Source: Deltaproteobacteria bacterium (GTDB taxonomy: Bacteria; Desulfobacterota; DSM-4660; Desulfatiglandales; Desulfatiglandaceae). Taken from it: 42,838 nucleotides of DNA. The stretch is from positions 1 through 42,838 of the forward strand of contig JAIPDI010000046.1 of NCBI GenBank assembly GCA_021737785.1, read 5' to 3'. Shown piece by piece: positions 19,198 to 28,176 of the stretch (positions within the stretch are counted from its first letter, which is position 1; each line of letters opens with the position of its first letter). The notes beneath the pieces are model-generated. The model worked only from the letters and a program-made list of their open reading frames with translations. It had not been told where the DNA came from and ran no database searches. Made by a program: the position numbers and the translations under genes.

Positions 19198-19611
19198 CTA
19201 CTCGACGCCTCTCAGACGCCGCCCTAATGTCTGGAGCAGTTCAATGGCAATAGCCGGGTATTTTTTGATCTCTTCCCGGATATTCCATTGGTCCAGGGAA
19301 AGGACTTCGGTGTCCGCCTGCGCGATGACGCTTGCCGTGCGGACATAGTCATCGATTAAGGCCATCTCACCAAAGTAGTTATCGGCCCTGAGAACCCTCA
19401 AGGTCTTTTCAGACGGCCCTCCCAGATCCTTTACCACGGTTACCTCCCCTGAAATGATAATAAACAGGCGGCCGTCGCGCTCGCCCTCCCTGATAATGAC
19501 GTCTTCCTTTTCATACGAGTGATGTTTCGCCAATTTTGCGATACGCTTTAAATCGCGTCTTTTCATCAGAGAAAAAAGGGCGACTCTTGACAGGATCTCT
19601 GCATCGTCCAT
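19198..19611 (-). CDS. Stand-alone cyclic-nucleotide-binding (CAP-family) domain protein
   Basis: 137 aa. IIREGERDGRLFIIISGEVTVV...NYFGEMALIDDYVRTASVIA is the cNMP phosphate-binding cassette pattern (FGE...R.A). Confidence 0.8.
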   Translation of the reverse strand: MDDAEILSRVALFSLMKRRDLKRIAKLAKHHSYEKEDVIIREGERDGRLFIIISGEVTVVKDLGGPSEKTLRVLRADNYFGEMALIDDYVRTASVIAQADTEVLSLDQWNIREEIKKYPAIAIELLQTLGRRLRGVE

Positions 19612-19638
19612 GGGTACACTCCTTTGGGAAGCCTGTTC

Positions 19639-20337
19639 TTACAAAAGATATTCCGGGTTTACATTCTGCAATGCATGGAAGATATTTCCCTTGACCTTTG
19701 TGTTTGACCGGTAAAGACCTTGAAGCATGCCCTTGATTTCTTCCCTTTTTGATGAACCCGCGCTCGGGCAGCCCAGTTCGATCCGCTCCCATCCCATTGC
19801 CTTTGCATACCGCTGAATAAGGTCTTCGTCGATCAAATAAAGGGGTCGGATCACCGTAAGCGCTCCTTTAAAGAACTCCTGAACCGGGAGCATGGTACTT
19901 ATGGAGGCACCGTAAAATACGTTCAGAAAGAAGGTCTCGATGATGTCATCCTTATGATGCCCGAAGGCAATCCGGGTGCAGCCGATCTCTCCAGCCAGCT
20001 CAAAGAGGATCTTTCTTCTCATGCGGGAGCATATAAAGCATGGGTTTTCCCGGTTATCCGGACTGTGGGCCTGGGGGCCGATCTGAGTCTTGATCACCCG
20101 GTAATCAAAGCCGTGGGTCGAGAAAAAGAGGCCCATCTGTTCGGCCGAATCCGTCCCGAAGCCCGGGTCCACGTGGACCGCAGTGATCCGGTATTGGATC
20201 GGAATCCGTCGAATCCGTTCCTGCAAGAGCCACAGGAGAGAAAGGCTGTCCTTTCCACCTGACACTGCCACCAGCAGGTGATCGCCGTCATGGATCATCT
20301 GATGGGTGTGAATGGCCTTCCCCATCAGGCGCCTCAT
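19639..20337 (-). CDS. ttcA: PP-loop tRNA thiolase, TtcA/TtuA family (tRNA 2-thiocytidine synthase-like)
   Basis: PP-loop SGGKDS, central CxxC (CFICSRMRR), HHKDD. Start is uncertain: placed at MRRLMGK (20337). The upstream in-frame ATGs (to 20511) lack homology-like sequence. Confidence 0.75.
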   Translation of the reverse strand: MRRLMGKAIHTHQMIHDGDHLLVAVSGGKDSLSLLWLLQERIRRIPIQYRITAVHVDPGFGTDSAEQMGLFFSTHGFDYRVIKTQIGPQAHSPDNRENPCFICSRMRRKILFELAGEIGCTRIAFGHHKDDIIETFFLNVFYGASISTMLPVQEFFKGALTVIRPLYLIDEDLIQRYAKAMGWERIELGCPSAGSSKREEIKGMLQGLYRSNTKVKGNIFHALQNVNPEYLL

Positions 20338-20913
20338 CTCTTTTGCAGCGAATGCCAAATATTGACCTCCATGATGCGCGCACCAGGAGAATAGTAGATC
20401 CACGTACATAGTGGACACGTCCCAACAGGGTCCGAATCCCAGGCACATAAAAAAGGAACCCGCATCTTTCAGCACACCGATTCCCAGGATTGCACAAAGA
20501 CCATTTGACAACAGGACTCAAACGGATTGCTGTTGTAAGTCTGTTCTAATCGGTTCATCCAACCTGGGTCAAGAATTTTCGTGTGAAAAGCGGATCTGGT
20601 TGATGCCTTATGGATGCCAATTACAGACTGCTCTTCCCTGCGGGAACGAGTTTCCATCGACCGGGTGCGGGATAAGAACATCCATGCCGCGACCTGAGTA
20701 TCGTCGGCGGTTGGGGGCACTTCCCGTGAAAAAGGGGCCGAGAAATCAATATTCCGCTTGACAATCGAAGCGATTTCAGAATGAAATGAGTGGGAATGGG
20801 ACGCTTAAGCCCTCGGGGTTCCTTTCCAGAATCTCTAAAAAAAGAAAATTCGGAGTGCTCTGTCAATGGTTGTGGTAGCAAGCGCGGCGTCATCAGGCAA
20901 AGGAGTGAAAACA

Positions 20914-21687
20914 ATGACAGGCACGCATCCAAACCGCTTTCCAGTTATCAGCTTGGCATACCGGGAAGGAGATCTGATCATCAAGCAAGGCGATTACGGG
21001 ATCTCCATCTATAAAATCATTAAGGGCAGGGTTTTTGTTTTTAAGGAATCCGGTGATAAGGAAATCGCCCTTACGACCTTGAATCCTGGCGAGATTTTCG
21101 GAGAGATCGCCTTTTTGAATAGGGACCGGGAGACCCGCTCCGCATCAGCCAGGGCACTTGAAGAAACTGAGCTCGAAGTATGGCATCCCTCTATGTTGTC
21201 AAAGGAATACCAGGAGATGCCCCCAATGCTCAAGTATGTAGTCGACCAGCTATTAACCCGTCTTCTCCGAATGGGTCAAGTCCTGGTTCAGCTGTCGGAC
21301 CAGGAACAGAAGAGACGGAAGGCCTCGGAGAAACGGGATCCATTTGTTTCCGAGCGGTGCTATTACCGTAAGGCTGTCGACTTGGAGTGTTATTATCGAC
21401 CTGCCGCGCTGTCGCCGAAGGCTCGTCTGTCAGGGCGAATCAAGGATATAAGTCTCAGCGGAGTCGGGATGGAGATAGCGGTCCGGAACGCATCAAGTTT
21501 TTCTCATATGGAAAGCGATTTGTTTATCTTAAATACGGTCTTGCCCAACGGAAAAGATCTCGAATTGAAAGCCAAAATCGTGTCACTCAACCAGAGTGAA
21601 ACGCCGAACAAATTGCTGATAGGCATGACTTTTATAGAATTGACAGAAAATGCAAAGAAGGTGCTCGGCTTTTTCTTGATGGCTTGA
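20914..21687 (+). CDS. cNMP-binding domain fused to a C-terminal PilZ (c-di-GMP-binding) domain
   Basis: Start at MTGTHPN, after the RBS AAAGGAGTGAAAACA. cNMP cassette (GEIFGEIAFL...RSASARA). The C-terminal ~110 aa have PilZ-like motifs (RKAVDLECYYRP ... DISLSGVGMEI). Confidence 0.7.
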   Translation: MTGTHPNRFPVISLAYREGDLIIKQGDYGISIYKIIKGRVFVFKESGDKEIALTTLNPGEIFGEIAFLNRDRETRSASARALEETELEVWHPSMLSKEYQEMPPMLKYVVDQLLTRLLRMGQVLVQLSDQEQKRRKASEKRDPFVSERCYYRKAVDLECYYRPAALSPKARLSGRIKDISLSGVGMEIAVRNASSFSHMESDLFILNTVLPNGKDLELKAKIVSLNQSETPNKLLIGMTFIELTENAKKVLGFFLMA

Positions 21688-21702
21688 TAAGGAGGTTGAC
21701 CT

Positions 21703-22128
21703 ATGGACATAATGCCGTTCATGCAGATGTACCTGTCCACGGAGGAGACCTATGAATCCGGCGACATTATAATCGAAGAAGGAAGCAGGGGCAACTGGGT
21801 CTATGTTGTTCTGGCTGGGCAGGTAAAGGTAACCAAGAGGACGGAAGTGGGAATTGTGACCATGGATACCCTGAAGCAAGGCGCCGTTTTTGGAGAAATG
21901 GCCATGTTGGGGAAGTTCATGGACGGACGGAGCGCCTCAGTGATCGCTGCGGATGGGCCTGTCAAGTTAGGTGTGCTGAACTTCGAGCTTCTTCGCAGGG
22001 ACTACGACTCCCTTTCTCCTCAACTCAAGTTGCTGATCGATGCACTGATCGTAAGGCTCAAAGAATGCAACGAAAGGGCCGCGGCCTTTGTAGTGGCAGC
22101 TAATCCGAAAAATCGAGGGGAAAAATAG
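21703..22128 (+). CDS. Stand-alone cyclic-nucleotide-binding domain protein
   Basis: 141 aa. RBS AAGGAGG. IIIEEGSRGNWVYVVLAGQVKV...GAVFGEMAMLG...RSASVIA. 15 nt downstream of the previous cNMP gene. Confidence 0.75.
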   Translation: MDIMPFMQMYLSTEETYESGDIIIEEGSRGNWVYVVLAGQVKVTKRTEVGIVTMDTLKQGAVFGEMAMLGKFMDGRSASVIAADGPVKLGVLNFELLRRDYDSLSPQLKLLIDALIVRLKECNERAAAFVVAANPKNRGEK

Positions 22129-22152
22129 ATCCGATCTCCCTGCTTTTTCAAA

Positions 22153-22815
22153 TCACCGCCTGGCATCCCGCTCTCCAAATAGCCTTGTGCCGATTCTCAC
22201 CATATTGGCGCCTTCTTCAATGGCCACCCCATAGGAGTTGGACATCCCCATGGACAGGTTCTTCATCTCCACACCGGGTATGCCGGCGTTCTTAATGGTC
22301 TCAAAAATCTCCCGCGTCTTCCTAAAATAGGGCCGGGCATCCTCCGGATCCCCGCTGAAAGGTCCCATGGTCATAAGACCCACGATTTTGACATTCTCCA
22401 GATCCGCAATTTCCCGGATCACAGACATGGCATCCCGGGGCATCACCCCCGCCTTCTGCAATTCTTCACCGCTGTTGATCTCAATGAGAATGGGCATGGA
22501 TGTGTGCATGCTTTGACAGGCCTGATTGATGGCCCGTGCAAGTTTGAAGGAATCAACCGTCTCTATCATATCGAATATAGCTGCGGCCTTCCTGGCCTTA
22601 TTGGACTGAAGGTGACCGATCATGTGCCATTTTGCCTGATGGCCGATGGTCGGGAATGCGGCCTCCGCCTCCTGAACATAGTTGTGCCCGATAATCGTGA
22701 CCCCTGCCTGGATCGCCTCCAGAACCTCTTCCGGAGTCCGTGTCTTGACAGCAGCCACAAGCTGTACCCCCTGAGGGAGCGACTCCAAAATTTTTCTGAC
22801 ATTCTCTTTGATCAT
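22153..22815 (-). CDS. yggS: YggS-family pyridoxal-phosphate homeostasis protein (PLPHP)
   Basis: Start at MIKENVRKI, after the RBS GGAGGAGAGAAGCC (the track ORF extends 51 codons upstream with no support). Motifs AAVKTRTPEEV (PLP Lys) and HMIGHLQSNKA. Confidence 0.85.
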   Translation of the reverse strand: MIKENVRKILESLPQGVQLVAAVKTRTPEEVLEAIQAGVTIIGHNYVQEAEAAFPTIGHQAKWHMIGHLQSNKARKAAAIFDMIETVDSFKLARAINQACQSMHTSMPILIEINSGEELQKAGVMPRDAMSVIREIADLENVKIVGLMTMGPFSGDPEDARPYFRKTREIFETIKNAGIPGVEMKNLSMGMSNSYGVAIEEGANMVRIGTRLFGERDARR

Positions 22816-23177
22816 GGCTTCTCTCCTCCGGCAAAAACCCCACCCGTGCGCTCCCCATGGTGGATGGCTGTTCAGAATAGGCAAGGCCGAGCCGCACAGG
22901 TCAAAAGACCTCGGAAATCGTCTCATCGTTGCCTCGTCGGGTTTGTGCGCCGGGCCCGGCTCTGTCAATCCGGCCCTTTTCCCCTGTCTGAGGCGACATG
23001 CATACGTGCAGGCCGTTCATCAGGTAAGATCTCACTTTTAGTCATTCACGGCCCTTGGAAAACTGATACTCCATTTTGTGGAGAGTGTAAAGCGCGTTGC
23101 AGGCCAGGCAGATTGAGTTTTCGGAAATAATGGTATATATGGTATATATATTGAAGGAACTTGAGATCATTGTCATC

Positions 23178-23627
23178 ATGGGGGACGATATGGCCGCGGA
23201 TAAGGACAAAGGACATTTCGCAAAGAAACATCAGGCTGGCGCCAAGGCGAATCCAGAGATCGAAGCAGCCCTGAAGCAGGAAGTTTCGAACGGAGAACTT
23301 CCATGCGCTGTTGCATTCAAGATAGCATCTGATCTGGACGTCCAACCGGGAGAGGTGGGACATGTCGCGGATCTTCTCGAAATGCGTCTTACAAAGTGCC
23401 AGTTGGGGCTTTTCGGATACCGGCCGGCAAAGCGGATCGTCGAGCCGGCAGAAATAGTATCGCCGGATCTCGAAGAGGCCATCAAAGAAAGGCTGGAAAA
23501 CGGAAGGCTGCCGTGCGTGAGCGCATGGAACATCGCGAAATCCCTGGGCCTTCGAAAAATGGCGGTCTCATCGGCATGCCAGGCCCTGGGCATCAAGATC
23601 ACTTCGTGCCAGATAGGGGCCTTTTGA
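23178..23627 (+). CDS. Hypothetical protein built from two ~45-aa repeats, each carrying conserved Cys (LPCAVAFKIA...TKCQLGLF / LPCVSAWNIA...TSCQIGAF)
   Basis: Internal duplication seen by eye. Four aligned Cys. Start (MGDD or MAAD) uncertain. Family not recognised. Confidence 0.5.
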   Translation: MGDDMAADKDKGHFAKKHQAGAKANPEIEAALKQEVSNGELPCAVAFKIASDLDVQPGEVGHVADLLEMRLTKCQLGLFGYRPAKRIVEPAEIVSPDLEEAIKERLENGRLPCVSAWNIAKSLGLRKMAVSSACQALGIKITSCQIGAF

Positions 23628-23738
23628 TGGGCAATGGCACGTAATCGATATAAAAAAAGCCACTTTCCGCATGACCCGTTGATTCAAGAGGGTCTTCAGA
23701 AAGTGGCGATTATATTGCTGATGGCGGGGAACAGCGAA

Positions 23739-24053
23739 TTAACAGCTACATGAACCTCCGCATGATGCCCCCATCTGCATACTCGAAGAAATATTAAAAC
23801 CAGACCCCATAGGGGAATTGACATAGTCAACCTTTATGGGTTTGATATTTTCGTAGAGGCCTTTCTCCACCACATAGGTGAGACCCTTGTCATCAAACAC
23901 CTCGTCGTTTTCACGTGACTCATCCAGAGCCATGCCCAGTGAGGGCCCGGATCAGCCGCCTTGGGAGAGCATGATCCGGATGGCCGGTATCTCTTCCTTG
24001 TCCTTCAGGAAATCCTTTATCATTTCACTTGCTTTTTCAGTAACTTCTAACAT
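23739..24053 (-). CDS. HesB/IscA-like Fe-S cluster assembly-type protein with an in-frame TGA (23952-23954), read as selenocysteine: a HesB-like selenoprotein
   Basis: Two track ORFs (23952..24212 and 23739..23933) are in the same frame. They are separated by TGA plus 6 sense codons. The joined protein ...IRIMLSQGG-U-SGPSLGMALDE...KVDYVNSPMGSGFNISS...CGGSCSC matches the IscA layout (IRL.V.GGGCSGF...; C-terminal CGCG) with the TGA at the first Cys. Start set at MLEVTEKAS, after AAGGAGG. My hand base count around 23930-23955 is 1 lower than the track's; the track coordinates are used. Confidence 0.7.
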
Positions 24054-24169
24054 AATTCCACTATCCTCCTTGTTGGGATTCTTATTGTTTAAGTGTTTTA
24101 ACATAATAGCCATGAAAAACCCTTTTGTCAACTTTAGAGACAGACCGGGGAAAAAGGTGACACAAATTC

Positions 24170-24823
24170 TCAGAATGGCTCCTCTGACAGCCTTTGCCTC
24201 AGCCAGATGCACACCTTTTCCAGCTCCCCCTTGAGTTCCGCCATGGCCTTTCCCCTGTGGCTGACACGGTTTTTTTCTGCCTTTGTCATCTGGGCAAAGG
24301 TCTTTTTCAAGGGAGGGTAATAAAAAAGGGGATCATATCCGAACCCCTCACCGCCGGTCAGCGCTTCCGATATAACCCCCTCACAGATTCCATCGTATAT
24401 GAGGGCCGGGCCCCGTGGCACGGCAATGGCGAGAACACAGATGAAGGCGGCTTCCCTTTCCTTTACACCCTTCATCCTGTCTAACAGTCTGAGATTATTT
24501 TCCCGGTCAATGGCGCCCTCCCCTGCATAGCGCGCGGAAAGAACTCCGGGCTCCCCGCCAAGGGCTTTGACGGTCAGTCCGGAGTCATCGGCAAGGGCAG
24601 GCAATCCGAGCACCCTTGCCGTGAACCGGGCTTTTATCACGGCGTTATCCTCAAATGTCTCGCCGTCCTCTACGACCGGCGGGATAGGTCCGAAGTCGTC
24701 AAGGCTCCTTAATTCGATATCAGTCCCACTGAACAGCTCTGCAAACTCGGCAATCTTGCCTCTGTTCCGGGTCGCCAGGACCAGCGGCCGATCCAGTTTG
24801 AGTGTTTCTCCCAACGCATTCAT
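24170..24823 (-). CDS. rdgB: RdgB/HAM1 non-canonical purine NTP pyrophosphatase
   Basis: Motifs LVLATRNRGKIAEF, EDNAVIKA and FGYDPLF. Start at MNALGETL. Confidence 0.85.
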   Translation of the reverse strand: MNALGETLKLDRPLVLATRNRGKIAEFAELFSGTDIELRSLDDFGPIPPVVEDGETFEDNAVIKARFTARVLGLPALADDSGLTVKALGGEPGVLSARYAGEGAIDRENNLRLLDRMKGVKEREAAFICVLAIAVPRGPALIYDGICEGVISEALTGGEGFGYDPLFYYPPLKKTFAQMTKAEKNRVSHRGKAMAELKGELEKVCIWLRQRLSEEPF

Positions 24824-24910
24824 ACGTCTCTGATCCTTATTCCTCAATCACAGGTTTCAGCCCTGATAAGGGATGAAGTCAGCTGAAATATATGATGCAG
24901 CATCGGAACC

Positions 24911-25279
24911 TCAGTTGGCGACAGTCACATCCACGATGCTCTGACGGGCGATGACATGTTCGGTCTCATGTTCGGATATGGAGACATGCATGAGTCCCAG
25001 TATCTCATAAGACCCGTTTTCCAGCCCTGAGGTATCCCATCTGACAGGAAAGTTTTCTTCCATGTCTTGAGACTCGCCGATCTTGATCCAGCTGCCGGTC
25101 CCTTTCTTTCGAAAATACCAGGGGTTTGTGATTTTTACCACTGCGCCCGAGATGCCCAGTTCCTCCATTTCCTTGTGGAGGAGTTCCTCATCCAGACTCT
25201 CCCGCAATCGGACCACCCCGGAAAAACTTGTCAGACTCTCCGAGGGAACAATAAAGTGGGGTCCCCAATCAAATGACAT
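24911..25279 (-). CDS. Hypothetical protein (122 aa), no recognisable family
   Basis: ORF only. Preceded by a 338-nt non-coding gap. Confidence 0.4.
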   Translation of the reverse strand: MSFDWGPHFIVPSESLTSFSGVVRLRESLDEELLHKEMEELGISGAVVKITNPWYFRKKGTGSWIKIGESQDMEENFPVRWDTSGLENGSYEILGLMHVSISEHETEHVIARQSIVDVTVAN

Positions 25280-25617
25280 AACGGCCTCCTTTCATGCATG
25301 AGGGAATTCATAAAGAGCCCTTTGTGACCCGGAAACTTCCCCTATCCTATCAATAAAATTTTTGCAATTAAGGTGCCAGAACCAAGATCGACACGCGTTT
25401 CATCTTTAATCCCATGCCATGGATGACCGGCCCGCACAAGGCAAGAAGGTCAGGAAAGCCCTGAACCCCGCATTTGGGGACCAGGCCGCCTTCATTGGTC
25501 CCAGCTCATTGGCAGTCTGTGATTTCTGATGACGCGTATCAGATTGTCTGAGGCCGAAAAGGCCCTGACAAATCTACATTAATGAAGAGTTGAAGGCCCA
25601 CAACCTACATTTTGGTA

Positions 25618-26031
25618 TTATCGATCCCCTGAAAGAACGGACTTGATGTCCACGACCGGGGTCTCGTCTATCACCTCCAAGGGCTGCACCTGAAGCCTGG
25701 AGGGCGGCGCCACGGAGATCACGCGGGTTCTGTGAAGACCGATCGGATTGGGCCTGTGCGGAGACCGGGTGGCAAACACACCCCTCATCGGGTTTTCCGG
25801 GTTGCCCCTCGGGTGGACCTTTAGCATCGATCGATCTGCCAGGTGCAGCCAGGTCAGAACCAGAATCTCGACCCCTGCTTCCAAACCTTCCAGTGCCGCT
25901 GAATATTCAGGATCGACCTCGATCCACGCCCTGGCGGCGCCCTCCCTCTCCTGACGCTGGCAGTCATGAATATTTTTCAGTTCGGATCGGATGATTCCGA
26001 TCTGCCTGAGCTGGAACACGCCGGATATCAT
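25618..26031 (-). CDS. trmO: tRNA (t6A37) methyltransferase TrmO/TsaA family
   Basis: 137 aa. GVFATRSPHRPNPIGL is the TsaA-family hallmark. Confidence 0.75.
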   Translation of the reverse strand: MISGVFQLRQIGIIRSELKNIHDCQRQEREGAARAWIEVDPEYSAALEGLEAGVEILVLTWLHLADRSMLKVHPRGNPENPMRGVFATRSPHRPNPIGLHRTRVISVAPPSRLQVQPLEVIDETPVVDIKSVLSGDR

Positions 26032-26053
26032 TTGTCAGTGACCTCGGGACTGT

Positions 26054-26599
26054 TTATTTGTCAAGGTGGGCGCGAACCACCTCTATGAGCTTCTGTATAT
26101 CTGATTCCGTCAATTTGCCGAATTTCTCAAAAATGAGTTTTCCTTCCTTGTCAAAAGCCAGTACGTCGCTGTTGTCATCGGCGATGCCCCACGCCTTCAC
26201 AAGTACCTTGTCATAGTCGCGCACATAGATGGCTGTCGGATACCGTTCCTGCTTCTCTTTCAGGGCGGAAGAGATGGCAAAATTGGGAAGCCAGGTGGCA
26301 TCCATATTGATAATGGCGAAGCTCTGATATTTATCGCGAGGCAATTCTTCTTTGCGCAGGGCCTCGCTGGCATCGTTATTGAGGTCTTTCTCATCAGGGT
26401 CCACATAAAAGATCACATGGACCTTTCCTTGCAATTCACTGCTGCTCCACGGGCTCCCGTCCAATCTTCCACCAAGGTCGCCCTTCAAATCAACCTTTGT
26501 GGGAACCCGGCCCATCTCCAATCCGGCCCAGACAGGCTGGGTCACCAGGCAGATCGCAGCGAGAATGAATACCCCATAGATCTTCATCAGATAGGTCAT
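26054..26599 (-). CDS. YtfJ-family periplasmic protein
   Basis: 181 aa. Signal peptide, then blocks resembling E. coli YtfJ as I recall it (GKVHVIFYV; LPRDKYQSFAIINMD; DVLAFDKEGKLIF). Confidence 0.55.
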   Translation of the reverse strand: MTYLMKIYGVFILAAICLVTQPVWAGLEMGRVPTKVDLKGDLGGRLDGSPWSSSELQGKVHVIFYVDPDEKDLNNDASEALRKEELPRDKYQSFAIINMDATWLPNFAISSALKEKQERYPTAIYVRDYDKVLVKAWGIADDNSDVLAFDKEGKLIFEKFGKLTESDIQKLIEVVRAHLDK

Positions 26600-26726
26600 T
26601 GTCGGCCTCCATGATTACTTGTTTACACACCGGGTTCCAACGCTTCTTCAGATAAAAAAAGAATAGATCATGAAAGGCCGGGTGTCAATCACATATTGGC
26701 GCGGAAGCGGGTCTTTGCGGTCTCGG

Positions 26727-27953
26727 TCACAGAAACCGACCGAATTCAAGTGATTTCTTGTTGATGCTGACATGGGTATGCTCCTGGATCATTTCGTGGA
26801 CCGTTTCGCGAAAGGGGAGATACACAAGGGAGGCGCCTCGTATGGAGAGCCCAATGTCCGGGAGACTGGGCATGAACTTCTTCCTGTTCACAGCCGACCC
26901 GGCCAGGGTCACCTTGATCCCCTGTATGGCCTCGCTGAGGGGAAGCGTTACAGGATAGAGGTTTTTCCGGGGAAGTCTCCCATCGGCTTCCAGTGCTTCC
27001 TGTGTTACCGTCATCCGTCTTGAAAGGTGGAGAAATCGATTGGGTCGGATCTTGAAGGCCGGGCTCCAGAAATACATCTCCTGCCCTTCCCATGCCTTCT
27101 GAATGACCTTGGGCTGATTGGTGGCCCGGATGAAATCGGCATATGACGCGATGGGGATGCCGGTAATCCGGACGGAAATCTTCCAGAAAGGGAGGTAGGC
27201 GGCATCGGGTTGTTCCCCGGACACCACCGCGAGGTCCATTTGAACGAACCTCCCTTTTCCGGCCTCCCATGCGGTCTCGCAATTGCTGCATGTCAAAACC
27301 ACGCTGTCCCTTTCTCCTGTCAGATTCCAGCCGCAACGGGGGCATAGGGTGGCCAAGAATGTCAGTTTCCATCGGGGGCGGCGGTCTGTGAGAGAAGAGA
27401 AAATATCCCCCCCTTCGGGTAACTTGGCGATCGGTCTGTTGGTTATTCCGTCAAAGAGGGTCCTTTTTTCCACATACAGGGGGAGATAGATGAGACTCAC
27501 GGCATCGCCTATGAAAGCCCTGTGAAACATGTCACCGGTATCGGATGACGCTGAATGCTTTTCTGCACGTGCCAGAATGTCACGGGTCTTTAGAAGACAT
27601 TTCAGAAAAGACCCGGCGGCATCCGTCCCTGCGAACCGCACCTTCATGGCCTGGGGCCTCAGGCCCAGGGAAATGGGAAATCGTTTGAACGGGACGCCCA
27701 ACCGGGTGATATCCACGATGCGGTAGTGAACGCCCTCCATGTCGCAGGAAAAGACGCTCCCCCTGAAACGGAGATAAGGGATGAAGATGAGGTCCCGGTC
27801 GCCTGCCTTGTGGGGGAGAACAAAGCGGTAGCCGTCTTGGGAGAAAAGAAAGCTGTTTACCCCGCAATAGGGGCACCGAAGCAGCCGATCGGCCTCGTCC
27901 AGTTCAACGGGCCCCCCGCACTGGGGGCATTCCTGTACGACGGTAAACCCCAT
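26727..27953 (-). CDS. Internally duplicated protein with two zinc-ribbon motifs (CPQCG...CPYCG and CPRCG...CSNC). Possible YdjG-like partner of the SPFH protein.
   Basis: 408 aa. Each half is a CxxC-x(n)-CxxC ribbon followed by a related domain (LIFIPYL.. / AAYLPFW..; LIYLPLYVEKRT / LVYLPFRETVHE). Confidence 0.6.
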   Translation of the reverse strand: MGFTVVQECPQCGGPVELDEADRLLRCPYCGVNSFLFSQDGYRFVLPHKAGDRDLIFIPYLRFRGSVFSCDMEGVHYRIVDITRLGVPFKRFPISLGLRPQAMKVRFAGTDAAGSFLKCLLKTRDILARAEKHSASSDTGDMFHRAFIGDAVSLIYLPLYVEKRTLFDGITNRPIAKLPEGGDIFSSLTDRRPRWKLTFLATLCPRCGWNLTGERDSVVLTCSNCETAWEAGKGRFVQMDLAVVSGEQPDAAYLPFWKISVRITGIPIASYADFIRATNQPKVIQKAWEGQEMYFWSPAFKIRPNRFLHLSRRMTVTQEALEADGRLPRKNLYPVTLPLSEAIQGIKVTLAGSAVNRKKFMPSLPDIGLSIRGASLVYLPFRETVHEMIQEHTHVSINKKSLEFGRFL

Positions 27954-28176
27954 TGCCGAACTCTTGATGATTACTGGTTGCTCGTTACAGGTCAGTCATT
28001 ACCGGACAGTGACGGCTGATGAATTTTTTGTCTTCTGATTCCCGATACCTGACTCCCGGCCTTTGTTGCCGGATACCGGATGCCCGTTGCCGCTGAACTG
28101 GTTACCGGTTCATTGGGTTTGCTGGGCTTTGAGCTTCGAGCTTGACTGCTGTTGACTTCAGGCACTTTAGTTCACT

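Noticed and set aside
20338-20913. c-di-GMP riboswitch upstream of the PilZ-fusion gene
   Set aside because: I looked for GEMM-I conserved blocks (ACGCACAGGGCAAACC / GACGCAAAGC) and did not find them. Only a computational scan could settle it.
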